This document shows, piece by piece, positions 48,505 to 61,514 of a stretch of 64,000 bases of DNA. Both the position numbers and the translations under genes were made by a program. The notes beneath the pieces are model-generated. The model did no database searches. It was not told the origin of the DNA and was given only the letters and a program-made list of their open reading frames with translations. Origin of the DNA: Mytilus trossulus (Eukaryota); assembly GCF_036588685.1 (NCBI RefSeq), contig NC_086377.1, positions 15,128,001 through 15,192,000 on the forward strand. Direction: 5' to 3'. Positions within the stretch are counted from its first letter, which is position 1; the number at the start of each line of letters is the position of its first letter.

Positions 48505-48930
48505 ATGGGTGACTGGGGTATAGAAATATGGTCACTTGGTCTTCTCCCGACTGGCAGTAAAACGCTTGCCGAAGTGGGGCGTCCGTTTGGCTGTGCGGGA
48601 TGTATCAAGTTCGCAGTCACGTCCAATCAGAAGGGGACGTTAAATCCGATGCCTCGTGTTGAGAGAGTGCCACGCTCTTCGCACGTTAAGAACCCTTGCA
48701 ACAACTCTTTCGAGGGGTCCCGTCCGTAGGTGGCCTGTTGCAAGGCAAAATTTCTGTCCCCAGCCAATATACCCTCCTTTATCTGTGGCAGTCGAACTTT
48801 CTCCGACCATCATCCCAGATGGCCTCTATTGTATCAACCTACCTATTGTATTTATTGTGAACTTGTTCTCGTCCTGAATATGCATGAAATAATTGCCACT
48901 GGACGTTAAGCAACCAACAATCAATCAATC
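48505..48930 (+). mobile_element. SINE with V-domain-like core (copy 2)
   Basis: Same family; begins at the same tgggtgactgggg position as copy 1. Confidence 0.85.
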
Positions 48931-49793
48931 AGTTTAAGCTTTTGATTTTGCCATTTGATAAAGGACTTCCCGTTTTGAATTTTCCTTGGAGTTCAGTATA
49001 TTATACTTTTGATGATACATGTATATACATTATGTACACTTACTGCAAATGAATACATTCATGTACATGTGCACAGAATTACAGATGACTTACAACATGA
49101 AGAATGGAAGTTGTTTTAATAACTTTGTATTTTTCCTTTTTTCAGATGATAATTTTTAAAGGCAATCATAAAAAAAAAAAAAACCATTTTTTTTAATATT
49201 TTCTTTTTAGTGACTAGCTGCTGAACGTTCAAATTTAAATCCATTGCAAATAAAATTAAACAAACAAATGTTAGGAATTATAGAAAATGGTTATTTCACA
49301 ATATCGGATTTAGTTAATTTTTGTTTTATAATCAGAAAAATAGGCCTACATATATTTTAACTTATAATAAATTGAAGCATCTAAAATGCATTTTCTTTTG
49401 TTATTTGATTATTTTAAATGATTTTATGATCACATGTATGAAATATTTGTAGTTGATATTGTGAACAGATATAGATATGTTTTCCTCTCTTTTGACAGTT
49501 CTGGTTCATTCTCTATCATATAGCCTCCAGGCTATCTCGTGTTTAATTGGGAATTTGTGTCAACAAAGAAGCCACGTGCCTTTCTATTTAAAGAACTAAT
49601 TTAAATAAAAAAAACATCCGGGTGACCAACCCATGTAGTATATAACGACGAACGGAATCCCGCCTCATGCTTTTTGTACAAAAGGCCACGTGTACATTAG
49701 TTGATACTAAACTGTGAAATTCATTATGGATAAAAAGTGTTCGAACTTAAGCGACATCAGTTCAGTAGAATCTGATAATGATTTATACCCTAC

Positions 49794-50325
49794 TGTTGTA
49801 GACCTGGGGATATAAAGGTAATCTAACTAGTTGAGTTAGGGGAGATCTTCTTTAGCTCAATTGGTTAGAGCGCTGCCTTTAGATCCCGAGATTGTGGGTT
49901 CGAATCCACCTGGTACCATCCATGGATTTTCACATCATTGGCGCTGCGAGCATCTGTTACTTGTACAAACAAGTGTATATAGGTGCCTGGCAATTTGATA
50001 TGGGGTCATGGTGGTTGACCATGACATATCTAGGTGGCCAGAGGACTTCCAAGTAGATGTCTCGGGGTTGTACAGGTAGTGGACCTGTGAGTTGCTCGGA
50101 TGGATGGTTGATTGATTGATTGTTGGTTGCTTTACGCCGCATTACGGATGGATGGTACGCAGCCCGAAAAAAAAGGGGAAGTGTTGTAGACCAGGGGATA
50201 TAAAGGTTATCTAACTAGTTGAGTTAGGGGAGATCTTATTTAGCTCAATTGGTTAGAGCGCTGTCTTTAGATCCCGAGATTGTGGGTTCGAATCCAGCTG
50301 GTACCATCCATGGATTTTCACATCA
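49794..50325 (+). mobile_element. Complete TRIM (Helenus-type) with tRNA-like sequence in both 144-bp LTRs
   Basis: LTRs 49794-49937 and 50182-50325 (TG...CA), 4-bp TSD ctac, PBS tggcgctgcgagca, PPT aaaaaaaggggaag; A box tagctcaattggttagagc and B box ggttcgaatcc inside the LTRs. Confidence 0.92.
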
Positions 50326-51649
50326 CTACAGTGCTCAAAATTTTTGATACTGACCAGGAAGAAGACAGTTTTTCTGGCTTTGAGCATGTAGATCGTGCCA
50401 GTGATTCTGGTTTACAAGTGCCTAATAATGTGGCGAAAAAAAGGTCTAATGATTCACGACGTTGTCGTGATATCACAAAACCGAAGAGTTATGAGAAGGA
50501 AATAGTCGCTAAGGGACCTGGAAAAGGCCCTGGTTTTTTGACAAAATGCTGTGTCACTTTATTTTGAGACAATGACAACAATTATACTTATAAGAAAACA
50601 CTTGCTTACAGAGTTGTTAAACACAAAACCAATTAAGATTGGGTGCGAACATGTAGGGTGTGAAAGTGATAGGGGGTGAACATGAGAGGGCGCAAACGTG
50701 AATGGAAGCGAACGGATGCAGACTATGTACCAGTGAGAAATATAAAAGCCTTTCTACGGTATTTATTTGTACAATTCGGGTAGTCTTGACCTATTCATTT
50801 GTCTTAAAAAAAAACAGCCAGTTGTCACCTTCACTACACACACACACACACAAATATACGAATATCAATTATATGCTTACGATACATGTTACATTGTTAA
50901 ACTAATTCCGGTATGTGAAAATCCAGACTTGCATAAAAACTATCCCAATATTAGAGACGGTGGCGTCATTTTTTTTCATCTTAGAAAGTCATACCGATTA
51001 AAATACCACAATCGGGAGCAATGTGACAATGGTTGAATTAATTAGTGGCAACCCTGTGATTACGACCCGTTAGCAAAATCCTAAATACAGCGTTTGGTGG
51101 TGCGCTTGTCAGATGCGGAACGTACAGATAAGGTAATAGGTAACAGGTGAATATACTGTTGGTATCGGTATCGGATTCGACCCGGAACTCCTTAATTATT
51201 GGCAATATTAATTATGTGGAAAACAAAAGGGTCTAGAGTGGTGTAATTTGAAATCAACAGCATTGTACTATATTAGTTATATATATATATAAAGTTGAAT
51301 TATTTGATTCATCGTTTTTACGTCATGACGGCTGACAAATTGGACCTCGTAATTTTAGTAAGTATTATAGATGAATATGCATGAAATATTTGCCACTGGA
51401 CGTTAAGCAACCAACAGTCAATCAATCAATGTTATGCGAAACCTAAGAATGGGGTGGTTATCCCTTCATAATTCCCACCCCATACTTCAAAGTGTAAAAA
51501 ATAAAACATTGAACTATAATAATATAACCATAAATGTTTTTCTTTTCAGAAAGCAGAACGGAGACTCTGTGCTCTTTATTGAATAATTTTGTATATATTG
51601 TAAAAGAATCATCACTGAAATTAATACTTAATATAAATATTAAAAAAAG

Positions 51650-51810
51650 GAACACTCCCCATCAGAATCCATAACCAGCGCATTTTGCCTCCATTCGATC
51701 CCCAACTAGATATTCCTCTTTCCTCGGTTTTCTGATCACCGACAAGGGGATGTCATTTGTTTTTTTGTCATCCCAGTCGATAATAGCAAACAATTTCTTT
51801 TGATTCATTT
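51650..51810 (-). pseudogene. Possible Tudor/SH3-like domain exon fragment
   Basis: LFAIIDWDDKKTNDIPLSVI...YLVGDRMEAKCAGYGF*WGV; pattern only. Confidence 0.3.
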
Positions 51811-52465
51811 GAGTTGGTAATCGAAAATCTGATTGGAAAGCGGTAAAAAGCGAAATCTGATACGTTTGACAATCAGTTCGAATTGTGCGCATTTTTGTTG
51901 CGCAGTTTCGTACAATACATTTTTAAAACTATTCCTATGTGTTTAAAACTTTCGAAACTTTTGTGAGTTATAAAAACAAATAAATAGTTTTTGCATTACA
52001 AATAATCATATTATTACTTCTTTTTTATTACTTCTTTTAAGGAAAAGAAACTTGGATACTAAAAAAATCGAAAATAATAACAAAAATATATATTGTCTCT
52101 CATAATTTTTACGGAAAGATCCTGTAATTATTATAATCACGACTTGAAACAATAAGAAATGAACGCACTTATCGTTATATCAAATGTGTTGATCGGAAAT
52201 AATCAAAATTCGAGGAAAATATAATAATATTTCGGATTTAAATAAATCTTTTTTATTCCTCTAATTCGCTTGCAGGTGGTGTGTACCTGTGGTCTGCAGC
52301 TATTAATTGTTGATAACCTATTCTTAAGTTTGAATTGAAATGAAACAGACCGTCGTAAATAGTGGTAATTTCATTATTGATTACTTTATAATAATTTCTT
52401 TTTTTGTTATAATCAGAGTCGGTAATATCATTCGCCTCGATAGAGAGCGAAGTTAATTTCCATCT

Positions 52466-52640
52466 GCTTACCCTTCCGGAGCACCTGAGATCACCCCATG
52501 TTTTTGGTGGGGTTCGTGTTGTTCATTCTTTAGTTTTCTATGTTGTGTCATGTGTACTATTGTTTTTCTGTTTGTCTTTTTCATTTTTAGCCATGGCAAT
52601 GTCAGTTTGTTTTAGATTTATGGGTTTGACTGTCCCTTTG
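52466..52640 (+). repeat. Fragment of an abundant interspersed repeat
   Basis: cttacccttccggagcacctgag...ggggttcgtgttg...tttagttttctatgttgtg recalled as a common mussel repeat; single copy in the window. Confidence 0.45.
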
Positions 52641-53528
52641 GTATCTTTCGTCCCTCTTCCTTCCACATGCTAGTTAAAACAAATCGTCTTATCGTCGATA
52701 GCCACATGTTGTTTACGTATTTCAAATTGTACAGCCTGATTTCTTAAAACACAAAAAAGTGCATTTGCTTCATTGCCTACTTCATTCACGAGTTTGTGTA
52801 TTGCTCTTTTTTTTTTTCTTAAAAAAAACCCGATTATTTTAAAGTTTCTAAAATTAAATAAGATGAAAGAGGTTCCAACTTTCCGTTAATCTAGTAAAAA
52901 CTTTTCTTATAACATTTTCACTTTGTCTAGATCGCATGTCAAATTCGTTTGCAATATTAAGCACATCCATGATACAAAGATAAATGCATAAAACTATTGC
53001 AACACAGACCCTTGTTGTATCGTGAAAGTGTCTTTATAGAATGTTTAAATTACTCAGATGAACGAATGAAAATCACCTTTTCAAGGTGACGGATTTCTGT
53101 CATTAAAAATCCTATGATAAAAGAAACTCTTCTTTAGGAATATGTTTATTTAAAACCCCTATCGTCCTGAACATATATGTAATATTTACCGCTGGATTTT
53201 TATTATTAAACAACCCTAAACCTCCTGTGTATATATAGTAAAACAAAAGAATGAAATGTTTAATAGAATATCAAGAGTTATGCCGCTTTAAGCAGAAGTT
53301 ATTCGTGTACTTCACGTCAAATGTTTGCTGCTTGTCGGAAAAACTCGATAATGCACAATCAAACAAAACACACTAAAAAAATAAAGTTTTTATACTGGTG
53401 TCAAAAAGAAAAATCACCGATGCTTAAAACCAATAAATATGATATTAATATACAAAAATAAATGTTAATAAAAAAGTAAACAACATTCCAGTTACGCAAT
53501 TTTTGTTGACTTATGCCGGGAAAACAAA

Positions 53529-54210
53529 ATGGAATTATACAAGGTGCTCTGTTTGTCTCTCATGTTAAATACATCTGTTGCATATTTCTTGCTAAACCAT
53601 AACACTTATGAAGGTGTTGAAAACCCCTCAACATTCGAAATTGTGCAAATAAATTGCCAGTACAGAGGTCCGGGGATATATGTATTCCATGGATTAAAAA
53701 CTATCGAGAAAGTGACGATGAAAAGACTAATGGAGGAGGCTCATGTGAGAATTGAAGAGGGGAGCTCACTGGAGCAATTTATGATATTGACGGGGCCTAT
53801 GAGTTATTGTTATTTGGTGAACGCACCGTCTAGTGTACTAGTTATGATACAGCAGACACCTTGTGTAGGTATCATTTACATAAATCAGTTGTTTTGGTTT
53901 AACTTTCAAACAAAACTGGGTGCTACACTTGGAACTCAAAATTAAGTAAGAATATTTTGATTTTCCTAAATTGAGAGCATATGCTATGGAGGTAATGCTT
54001 ACAAAACTAACAACAACTATATCTAAATTTTGGTTTCCAAGACATGATTATGTGAAAATGTATTATTCAAGATTTGTATGGGTAAAATTATATATACCAT
54101 TATAGTTTAAAAATATTTTATACAGGGTGATCAGACCACAATTACAAATAGTGGTGCAGAAAAGACAACAATCTTTTCTACAAGAAACGGTGTTACTGCA
54201 GTGAACACAG
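53529..54210 (+). pseudogene. Third member of the glycoprotein family; exon 1 53529-53864 intact, T-rich exon 2 from 54126 degraded
   Basis: Signal peptide, CQYRGPGIY, IQQTPC|gtaggt (same intron position and phase as the paralogues), tacag|GDQTTITNSGAEKTT. Confidence 0.65.
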
Positions 54211-55370
54211 ATGAATGGATTAAAACTACTATCATGGCCACAATTCAAGCCAAGAGTAGAAACCATGGTGCTATGAGCACTACACATGACAATGGCTATA
54301 TGACGTATGATGATGGTTATGTTGAAACTACTACCATTACTCAACATGCTCCGGTACATGTGCATCAAATTCAAAAATAAATAGTTTATTGACAAAATCA
54401 AGAAACTCATAGTTAAAACTATTAGATACTCGTGTGTGTGACCCTGATCCATCTAGAGTCCTTACACCTACACTCTGCCAACACGCCTTGTCCGGCACAC
54501 ATTTCACATTCGAATCCTATACACGTTTGTGTACAAATAAGAAAAATAATTAACTGGAAAATCATTACGTCCATTTTGACCATGTGTGTCGTGTATTCAT
54601 TTGGGGGATAAGTTTAATCATTTTCCCACCTCACCCCAAAAAACACACATAAAAGACTTTTTTTAAGGTTTTAATGTGAAATTTCTTATAAAAAATGTAT
54701 CAATAAAAAAGGAGATATCCCTATTTTAATATTACAAAACATGTATTATTTTCTGACATAGAATAATTGAGTGTATGTGTGTCAATTTTGGTCATTGAAA
54801 ATGTTATCCCTTACGGATCTCATATCGTTGTAGTGAAAAACAAATTCCTCCGTAAATTGGTGCACTTAATAATTCATTCAGACCACCTGCTGGTTCAGAC
54901 CCCTTTATTTAGAAAAAGCAAAAACAAAGAAATTATGTGATTTTTTAATGACAGAGTATGTTAGCTGTAGATTGAAGATTCTTTCTTTGAATCACAATGT
55001 ACTATATAGAAACTCGATCTGCTTTCAGTTATTTGTCATAAAAATTTTCTTTGAATCCCATTAATCCTGTATAGATATTATTTTTTCATTTCCTAAAAAT
55101 TGTTTGAATTAGTATTAAATATTAATATCACTCATTTGAAAACAAGCCATCTGTTTCACTTTTATATTAATGATATTTAATTTTCAGTCCTGTCTTCGAG
55201 CAAAGTTTGAAATTAATATACATGTAATAGGACAATATAAATACGAGCTATAATAGCTGCTGTTTTTATTCTCTTATGTATTGTTTGATCTCAAAATGTT
55301 TAAATTGTAAGTATTTACAAGTAAAAAAAAAAAATTATTTGATTGATGATATGAATGTAAAACTGTTTTT

Positions 55371-55416
55371 ACGTCTGGCGTATAAAATTATAATCCTGGT
55401 ACTTTTGATAACTATT
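55371..55416 (+). repeat. Short inverted fragment of the retrozyme monomer
   Basis: cgtctggcgtataaaattataatcctggtacttttgataactatt is the reverse complement of ~26038-26082. Confidence 0.8.
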
Positions 55417-55547
55417 AACTAAAAATTTAATGATTTGTTGTTGTGTATTCCATTGTTGATGTATTGAAATAGCTATGACATATTCTCAGTATGGGTTTTT
55501 TCTTATGAAAAACTGTAAAAATGTTAAATCTTTGATCTTATTTTCAG

Positions 55548-56386
55548 AGAAAACCAAGTAATTCTAAACAGACCACAAAAAAGAAAGATTGATAGAGAGG
55601 ATAACGAACATGTGGAAGTGGAGAATAACGTCTCAATTCAGTAAGATTTATTTTTACGTTTTGCAAGTTAGTATTCATTAAAAAAAAATATTTGTTCGGT
55701 CTATATAACAATAAGTAGTCCGCCCATCATTAATTTTTTTTTTGGAAAAATGGTTTGAAATTAACTTTCCATGACCTAACCAATCAAATTGGTGGATTAG
55801 CCAAGATATTTGAATGAACGAATGAATGAATCTTTATTCTCATAAACCATATGTACATAGTTACAGAGATGATATAATATAAAGTACATAAACAATAAAT
55901 AATAGCACATGTATGAAATATTAAATAAATTAACTTAACCGGGTTGATTGACTTTCTCAGTGATAGTTCTAATAAATTTGCATATTTGTTTTCTAGATAT
56001 AGTACAATATTTTCTGAATTAAAAATTTGAATAAATTTAAGAACATTTGCATGGCAAAAGACAAGACAGGTAAATATTTCTTTCTTTCGTGAATATTATA
56101 TACATTTCGTAAAATTATGAAACTCGTCACTGATGTCACTTCAACAGAATATAAACAGTATTTAATAGTATGTTTTTATTTTATTTTATTTATTATATTT
56201 CTTTTATATACTAGAGCATATTTATTTGTTTATTGTAGGGAATTAAAACACATCAGAAAGTATAAAGAATTTCTGGAGAAAAAAGTCATAAGTATTCAAG
56301 AAGAAATAGACAGAAAAAATAAAGATAAGGATGATGAAATAAAATGCATCCTCATTCTTAACAAGAGGTTGAATGATTTAAATTAA
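55548..56386 (+). pseudogene. Possible exons of a degraded coiled-coil gene
   Basis: AG/GT-bounded charged segments at ~55548-55641, 55997-56069 and 56240-56386; contains a stop. Confidence 0.3.
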
Positions 56387-56555
56387 AAAAAAGATGAGAA
56401 ATAAAATCAATGAGAAATTTAGTTTTTGTTTACTTTATGTATGGTGTGATTAGAATTTTTCACTGGAATACCCTCATGGTTAGAATCAGTTTGATAATTG
56501 ACCCTGATGTTTTTTTTCATTTATTTTGGTTATTTTGTCTTTTAAATTGTCATAT

Positions 56556-57040
56556 GATCCCATATTTTTGGTCGTATTGATATTGTAAGAGGATATTAAT
56601 CATATTTAGTTGTAAGTGCTAGTGGGAAGTACAACAGCTGTAACAAAATAGGTGTTTAAAAATGATAACTCAGCATTATTTTGTATGACGTCATATGGAT
56701 ACTTAAAATTTATATTGTCAGATGAAATTAATAATATTAAAAACGCTGCAGGCAAGTTTAACATTTGTACACCAAATTGGGTGTTTAAATTTAAATCCTT
56801 TTAATCATTTAAAAAATGTCTATGGCTAGCATACGAGTTTCATACAACAACTGTAGGCAACATTATAAATCTACATATCATTTGAAGTTCTATTTCCCAT
56901 ATTTTGGTCGTATTGATATTGAGGATATTAATCATGTTTAGTTGTAAGTGCTAGTGGGAAAGTACAACAGCTGTAACAAAATAGGTGTTTAAAAATGATA
57001 ACTCAGCATTATTTTGTACGACGCCATATGGATACTTAAA
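56556..57040. repeat. ~150-bp direct duplication (56558-56707 / 56896-57040)
   Basis: tcccatatttttggtcgtattgatattg...catatggatacttaaaa occurs twice. Confidence 0.8.
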
Positions 57041-57790
57041 ACATGACATCATTTGGTTATTTTGTCGTTTGTCATATGAAGTCATAAAGTTAAAAACGTC
57101 ATTGTGATAATATATGATTGTGCCGCAATGTATAATGTGACGTCATTATGGTGTTATTATGTCACGTGATGTGACGTCATTATGGGAGTCGAGGAACCCC
57201 CCTTAGTAGTTAGAATGACTGATGAATGTAAGTTTTTCATGTTTTCTGAATCGTGATCGGGGATGATTTTAAAGAATCTTTACTTAAATTTGCATTAACC
57301 TCATTCATCTGCATCTCCTGTACACTAAAATGTTCCGATGTTGTGTGCGAGAGTTTTACTTCTACTGCTTGGTGCTGCATGTAATTAATGCTATTTCTTA
57401 GCTTACACAATAAAATCTATTATATGTCTAGTTGCACATATTGTATGGTGACTTTTAATCAGTAATAAACAAATTTATCATATAAACTTCAATTTAATCC
57501 TTGAAAGGAGGTCTAGATTGCTAAAATAATTTATCAATTTTATTTTTTTTATTTGTCCAAAATCATTTAAATTCATTTAATCAACATCATTTTATGATTA
57601 TTTGATTAAAATATTAATCATTTATAGTCTTTTACCATTTACATTTTTAAAAGCAAAATAACTGAAAACAGGATAAAACAAAGGGAAGTAACAAAAAAGT
57701 ATTTCAATATTCCCAATACACATCGTTTTGATAACACAAAATACATGTAGTGAACTGATATTCTTTTCCTTCCACTGTAACAACTGTACC

Positions 57791-58024
57791 TTAAATTCTT
57801 CTGAGGCATTCAAATTGTAATCCATATAAGCGACAAAAGAATAAACAAACTCTCAACTCTTCACTTGTGTAGAAAATTAATATAGGAAACCCCAAAAAAT
57901 TATACATCTCATGGATATCAATGTCAAAATCAGAGCAAAAACTTATTGCTTGAGAATATTCATAGTCATAAAAAAAAAATATAATTCCAAATGGCAAATT
58001 TTCTTCATGAATAAAGCTGTCCAT
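57791..58024 (-). CDS. Orphan 77-aa protein
   Basis: ORF with aaATG context; no family recognised. Confidence 0.3.
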   Translation of the reverse strand: MDSFIHEENLPFGIIFFFYDYEYSQAISFCSDFDIDIHEMYNFLGFPILIFYTSEELRVCLFFCRLYGLQFECLRRI

Positions 58025-58389
58025 TTCAGAAGCAAAATTAAAAGGAAAGCACTGTATTCCACATGTATGTTAACTCCAAAAAGAGGCTACATGGTCATGG
58101 CAAAGTAACCCCACAAACTTCGGACAAAAACCTTTAAAGATCTGAATTTTAAAAATACTTTCTTGAAAAGTTATATTTTTTCCTAACCTCCTCTGACCCA
58201 AATTTTCCAAAGTAGCTATCCTGGAATAAATTAATAAAGATGTCTTAAGTATGAACATGAAAGCTCACACTTGATGGACACCCAACCCCATAAAACATGG
58301 ATACTATACACAGCTACATTTCTGTGCAAAACTTTTTATTTCTGGGGTTACTTGTCTGTGATTGTGAGGTTTATATCCAATTCGTCATA

Positions 58390-59732
58390 CAGAGTTCTCC
58401 TCAAGACCTTAAAGCACCACGGCCGCGCGGTGCTATCGGTCTTGCCGCGGTGCTATAATTTTTTTACCACGGTGCTATATTTTTCTGGACATTGTATTCG
58501 ATATAACGTAAATCAGTAGGATTTTATCCGCGGTCTAAAATTCCGGGCGTTATTTGAGCTGCACCTTGATGTTTACCTGTTTGATCGATGAAACCTGTTG
58601 ATTGGAATAAATCACTTGATTATCACTTGAAACATAATTCCTTTATATTTTAATTGATTTTGGATTAATTTATGACTGGAGATTATAATGTTATGGCTTC
58701 ACTCACCACCCAAGCGTTGACTAGTGACACCGGCAAATTTACCTTTGTACACAAACAGTGACGACTGTTGTACACACCACGGAGAAGTGATATTATTTCA
58801 TAACGTTGTTGGATTGAGATTAATTATTGTTGGATTAAGAATAATGTTAAGGTTCATACATATTTTGATTCTTTATGGAGCATCATGTGGTCCAAGCTTC
58901 ACTTGACATAAATCTGATACGATACGGAAAATTGGGGAATCAAAACTCACAATGTGGGAGCCAAGTTTTTAAAGTCGGAAAAAACACTAGATCATTGTAA
59001 AATAAAGGGTGAGATAAGCCCCAAACCAACATCCCTTGTTATTTAAAATTGTTATTAACTATGTATAGACAGTGATTGACAGAAGACCAATCCCTGGTTA
59101 ATTATTACCCAAGATAAGAAAGGTATCCATCCCTTCCTTCTTAATTTTAATATACATTTTTCAAGTATTTTTTAAATTATTACACAAGATAAAAACGGTA
59201 TCCTTTCCTTCCTTTCTTAGTTTTAATATAAACCTTTGCAGTATTTTTTTTATTGAAATAAAATAAGAATAAAACTTCTTGTGAAATGAAATAATTTTAT
59301 TTACTGGTTATTTATTTGCTGTAAATTGACTTTATTTAACTTTAGTTCTTATGCCTAAATGTTTTATATGAAAGTAAAGAATAATTAGCCTTTAATCAGT
59401 GAGCACTTGCAAATTTGAAAACAATAGTAACTTTCCTAAGTGCTTGTCATATGTTATGTATGTAATCTTGTTTTATTATTCTTCAACTTGAATAAATAAT
59501 ATTAAACCTTTGTTGCTTTTCATTTATTAAATCAGAAAATGTCAAACTTAGAACAGGGTTAAGAAGAAAACAATAAAAAGGATGCAAAAACAAACCTTTA
59601 ATATGGGTATAACCATAGTATAAAAAAAAACACCATAAAAAACCGACGCAGCGCGTCACAAAAGTCCACACGTTTATCCAACTTGTCACACGCTACCATG
59701 GTGCTATCCTAAAATCCTGGGGGAGAACACTG
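58390..59732. mobile_element. Non-autonomous hAT-like element inserted in a ~69-bp tandem repeat
   Basis: TIRs cagagttctcc / ggagaacactg, subterminal (c/t)ggtgcta repeats, partial TSD gtcata; the flanking repeat unit resumes after 59733. Confidence 0.65.
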
Positions 59733-60374
59733 TGTCATATTAAATAACAATCTATATTTCTGGGGTTACTTGTCTGTGATTGTGAGGTTTATATCTAATT
59801 CATCATATTAAATAACAATCTATATTTCTGGGGTTACTTGTCTATAATTGTTCTCAAGATATAGAGCGGACACGATCTTCACCACAGGATACAGGGTTGT
59901 CAACAGGTATAGCATTTGCAACAGAATGGAAATTAGAATATAATTACCTAAATGTTTACGACAGGACAGTATTAATAAATATTAATCATATAGGAACTAA
60001 CACATTAACATCTAGTGTAGTGTTTTGAAGTAAAATTATTTTACACAATCAATAGACAGATCAAAACATAATCAACTACTTGTAAAATTATACTTTTACG
60101 AATCTTGATTTTGAATGTTATTGACTTTTTTTCAATTGGGAGCTTTTATTTCAAAACAGTTGTATTATTTAGTGAAACTTTAAAGAGAAAACAATTATGG
60201 TTGACAAAAACACATGTTCGCTGATGATATACAAGTAATCATCATAGACTCAAATTTTTGAAATTTTCAAGCAATTCAAAACACTTGTTATTTCTAAGTT
60301 GTTTAATATAATTGTTTATATTATTTTCTATTCTTGACCTGTTAGGTATGGCATGGTATTGGTTGCAAAAATTT

Positions 60375-60785
60375 GATATTTTTCATTCAAATGCAATATT
60401 TTTCATTTAATTGGTATATTTTTTCATTTATATGCAATATTTTTTTCATTTATATGCAATATTTTTTCATTTGTATGGTATATTTTTTCATTTATATGCA
60501 ATATTTTTTCATTTATATGCAATATTTTTTCATTTATATGCAATATTTTTCATTTGTATGGTATATTTTTTCATTTAAATGGTATAATTTTTCATTTATA
60601 TGCAATATTTTTTATTTTAATGGTATAATTTTTCATTCAAATGGTATAATTTGTCATTCAAATGCAATATTTTTTATTCAATTTGTATAACTTGTCATTG
60701 TAATGCAATATTTTTCATTCAATTGGTATAATTGTCGTTTTTTTATTTATATGCAATAATTTTTATTTATATGCAATAATTGCAT
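60375..60785. repeat. ~22-bp minisatellite (ttttcatttatatgcaatattt variants)
   Basis: About 18 degenerate tandem units. Confidence 0.85.
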
Positions 60786-61152
60786 TATGGGAAATTGTTT
60801 GACGTCACAAGGTCAAATTTGCAACAACGTTTGTGATTGGTCGATATAGTCGGGCAGCCCCTGCTTGACTCACATGTTGAAGTTGGCACGTTCTCTATGA
60901 ACTCCCCTGGTTTGATTAGCTGTTGATATCTATATATGAGAAGGTAACGTTTTGTATAACTGTTTGCATTCCCCCTTTCTTTCTCAACACGAATGCATGA
61001 CCAAGAATTAAAAAAACGCGTCGCCCCACTAACTAAATCTTGCGTTCATGCGAGTCCGGCATTGCAGGCTGATACTGTTAGTGTTACTGTTAGGATTATG
61101 TACCCTTGTGTTGATTCAATACTAAACATATGGAAAGTTTATAGAAAATCCA

Positions 61153-61257
61153 TAGTCCAAATAATTATGACGTCTGGCAAGGCTATTTTGATTTTTTTTC
61201 TTGGACGCCTTCCTGCGACCAAAATAGCCTTGCCAGACGTCATAATTATTTAGACTA
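61153..61257. repeat. 105-bp fold-back element with 38-bp inverted repeats
   Basis: tagtccaaataattatgacgtctggcaaggctattttg / caaaatagccttgccagacgtcataattatttagacta (1 mismatch). Confidence 0.8.
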
Positions 61258-61514
61258 GAACATGGATCCACAGCCTTTTCTTTTTAATCTTGTTCCCTCA
61301 AATAAGGCAATTTAATAACTGATAGATATCGGAGTATTGCTCGAAATTTCCTCAAAACAAGTTTATTACTGTAGTTATAATAATGGTTAAAACAAATAAA
61401 AAATGAGCTCAAATTAAGTACACCTTTTAGGGTGCACTTGACTGGCTCAGCACCACTCCAGATGTTTGGGAATTTACAGGTTGCTTATATTTTTTTGTAA
61501 ACAATTAATAAACA

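Noticed and set aside
49848-49920. Apparent tRNA genes here and at ~50236-50308
   Set aside because: Anticodon and acceptor stems do not pair; the sequences are internal to TRIM LTRs
60373-60690. 105-aa F/I/Y-rich ORF (also 25573-26113 and 1328-1579)
   Set aside because: Products of minisatellite or low-complexity AT-rich DNA
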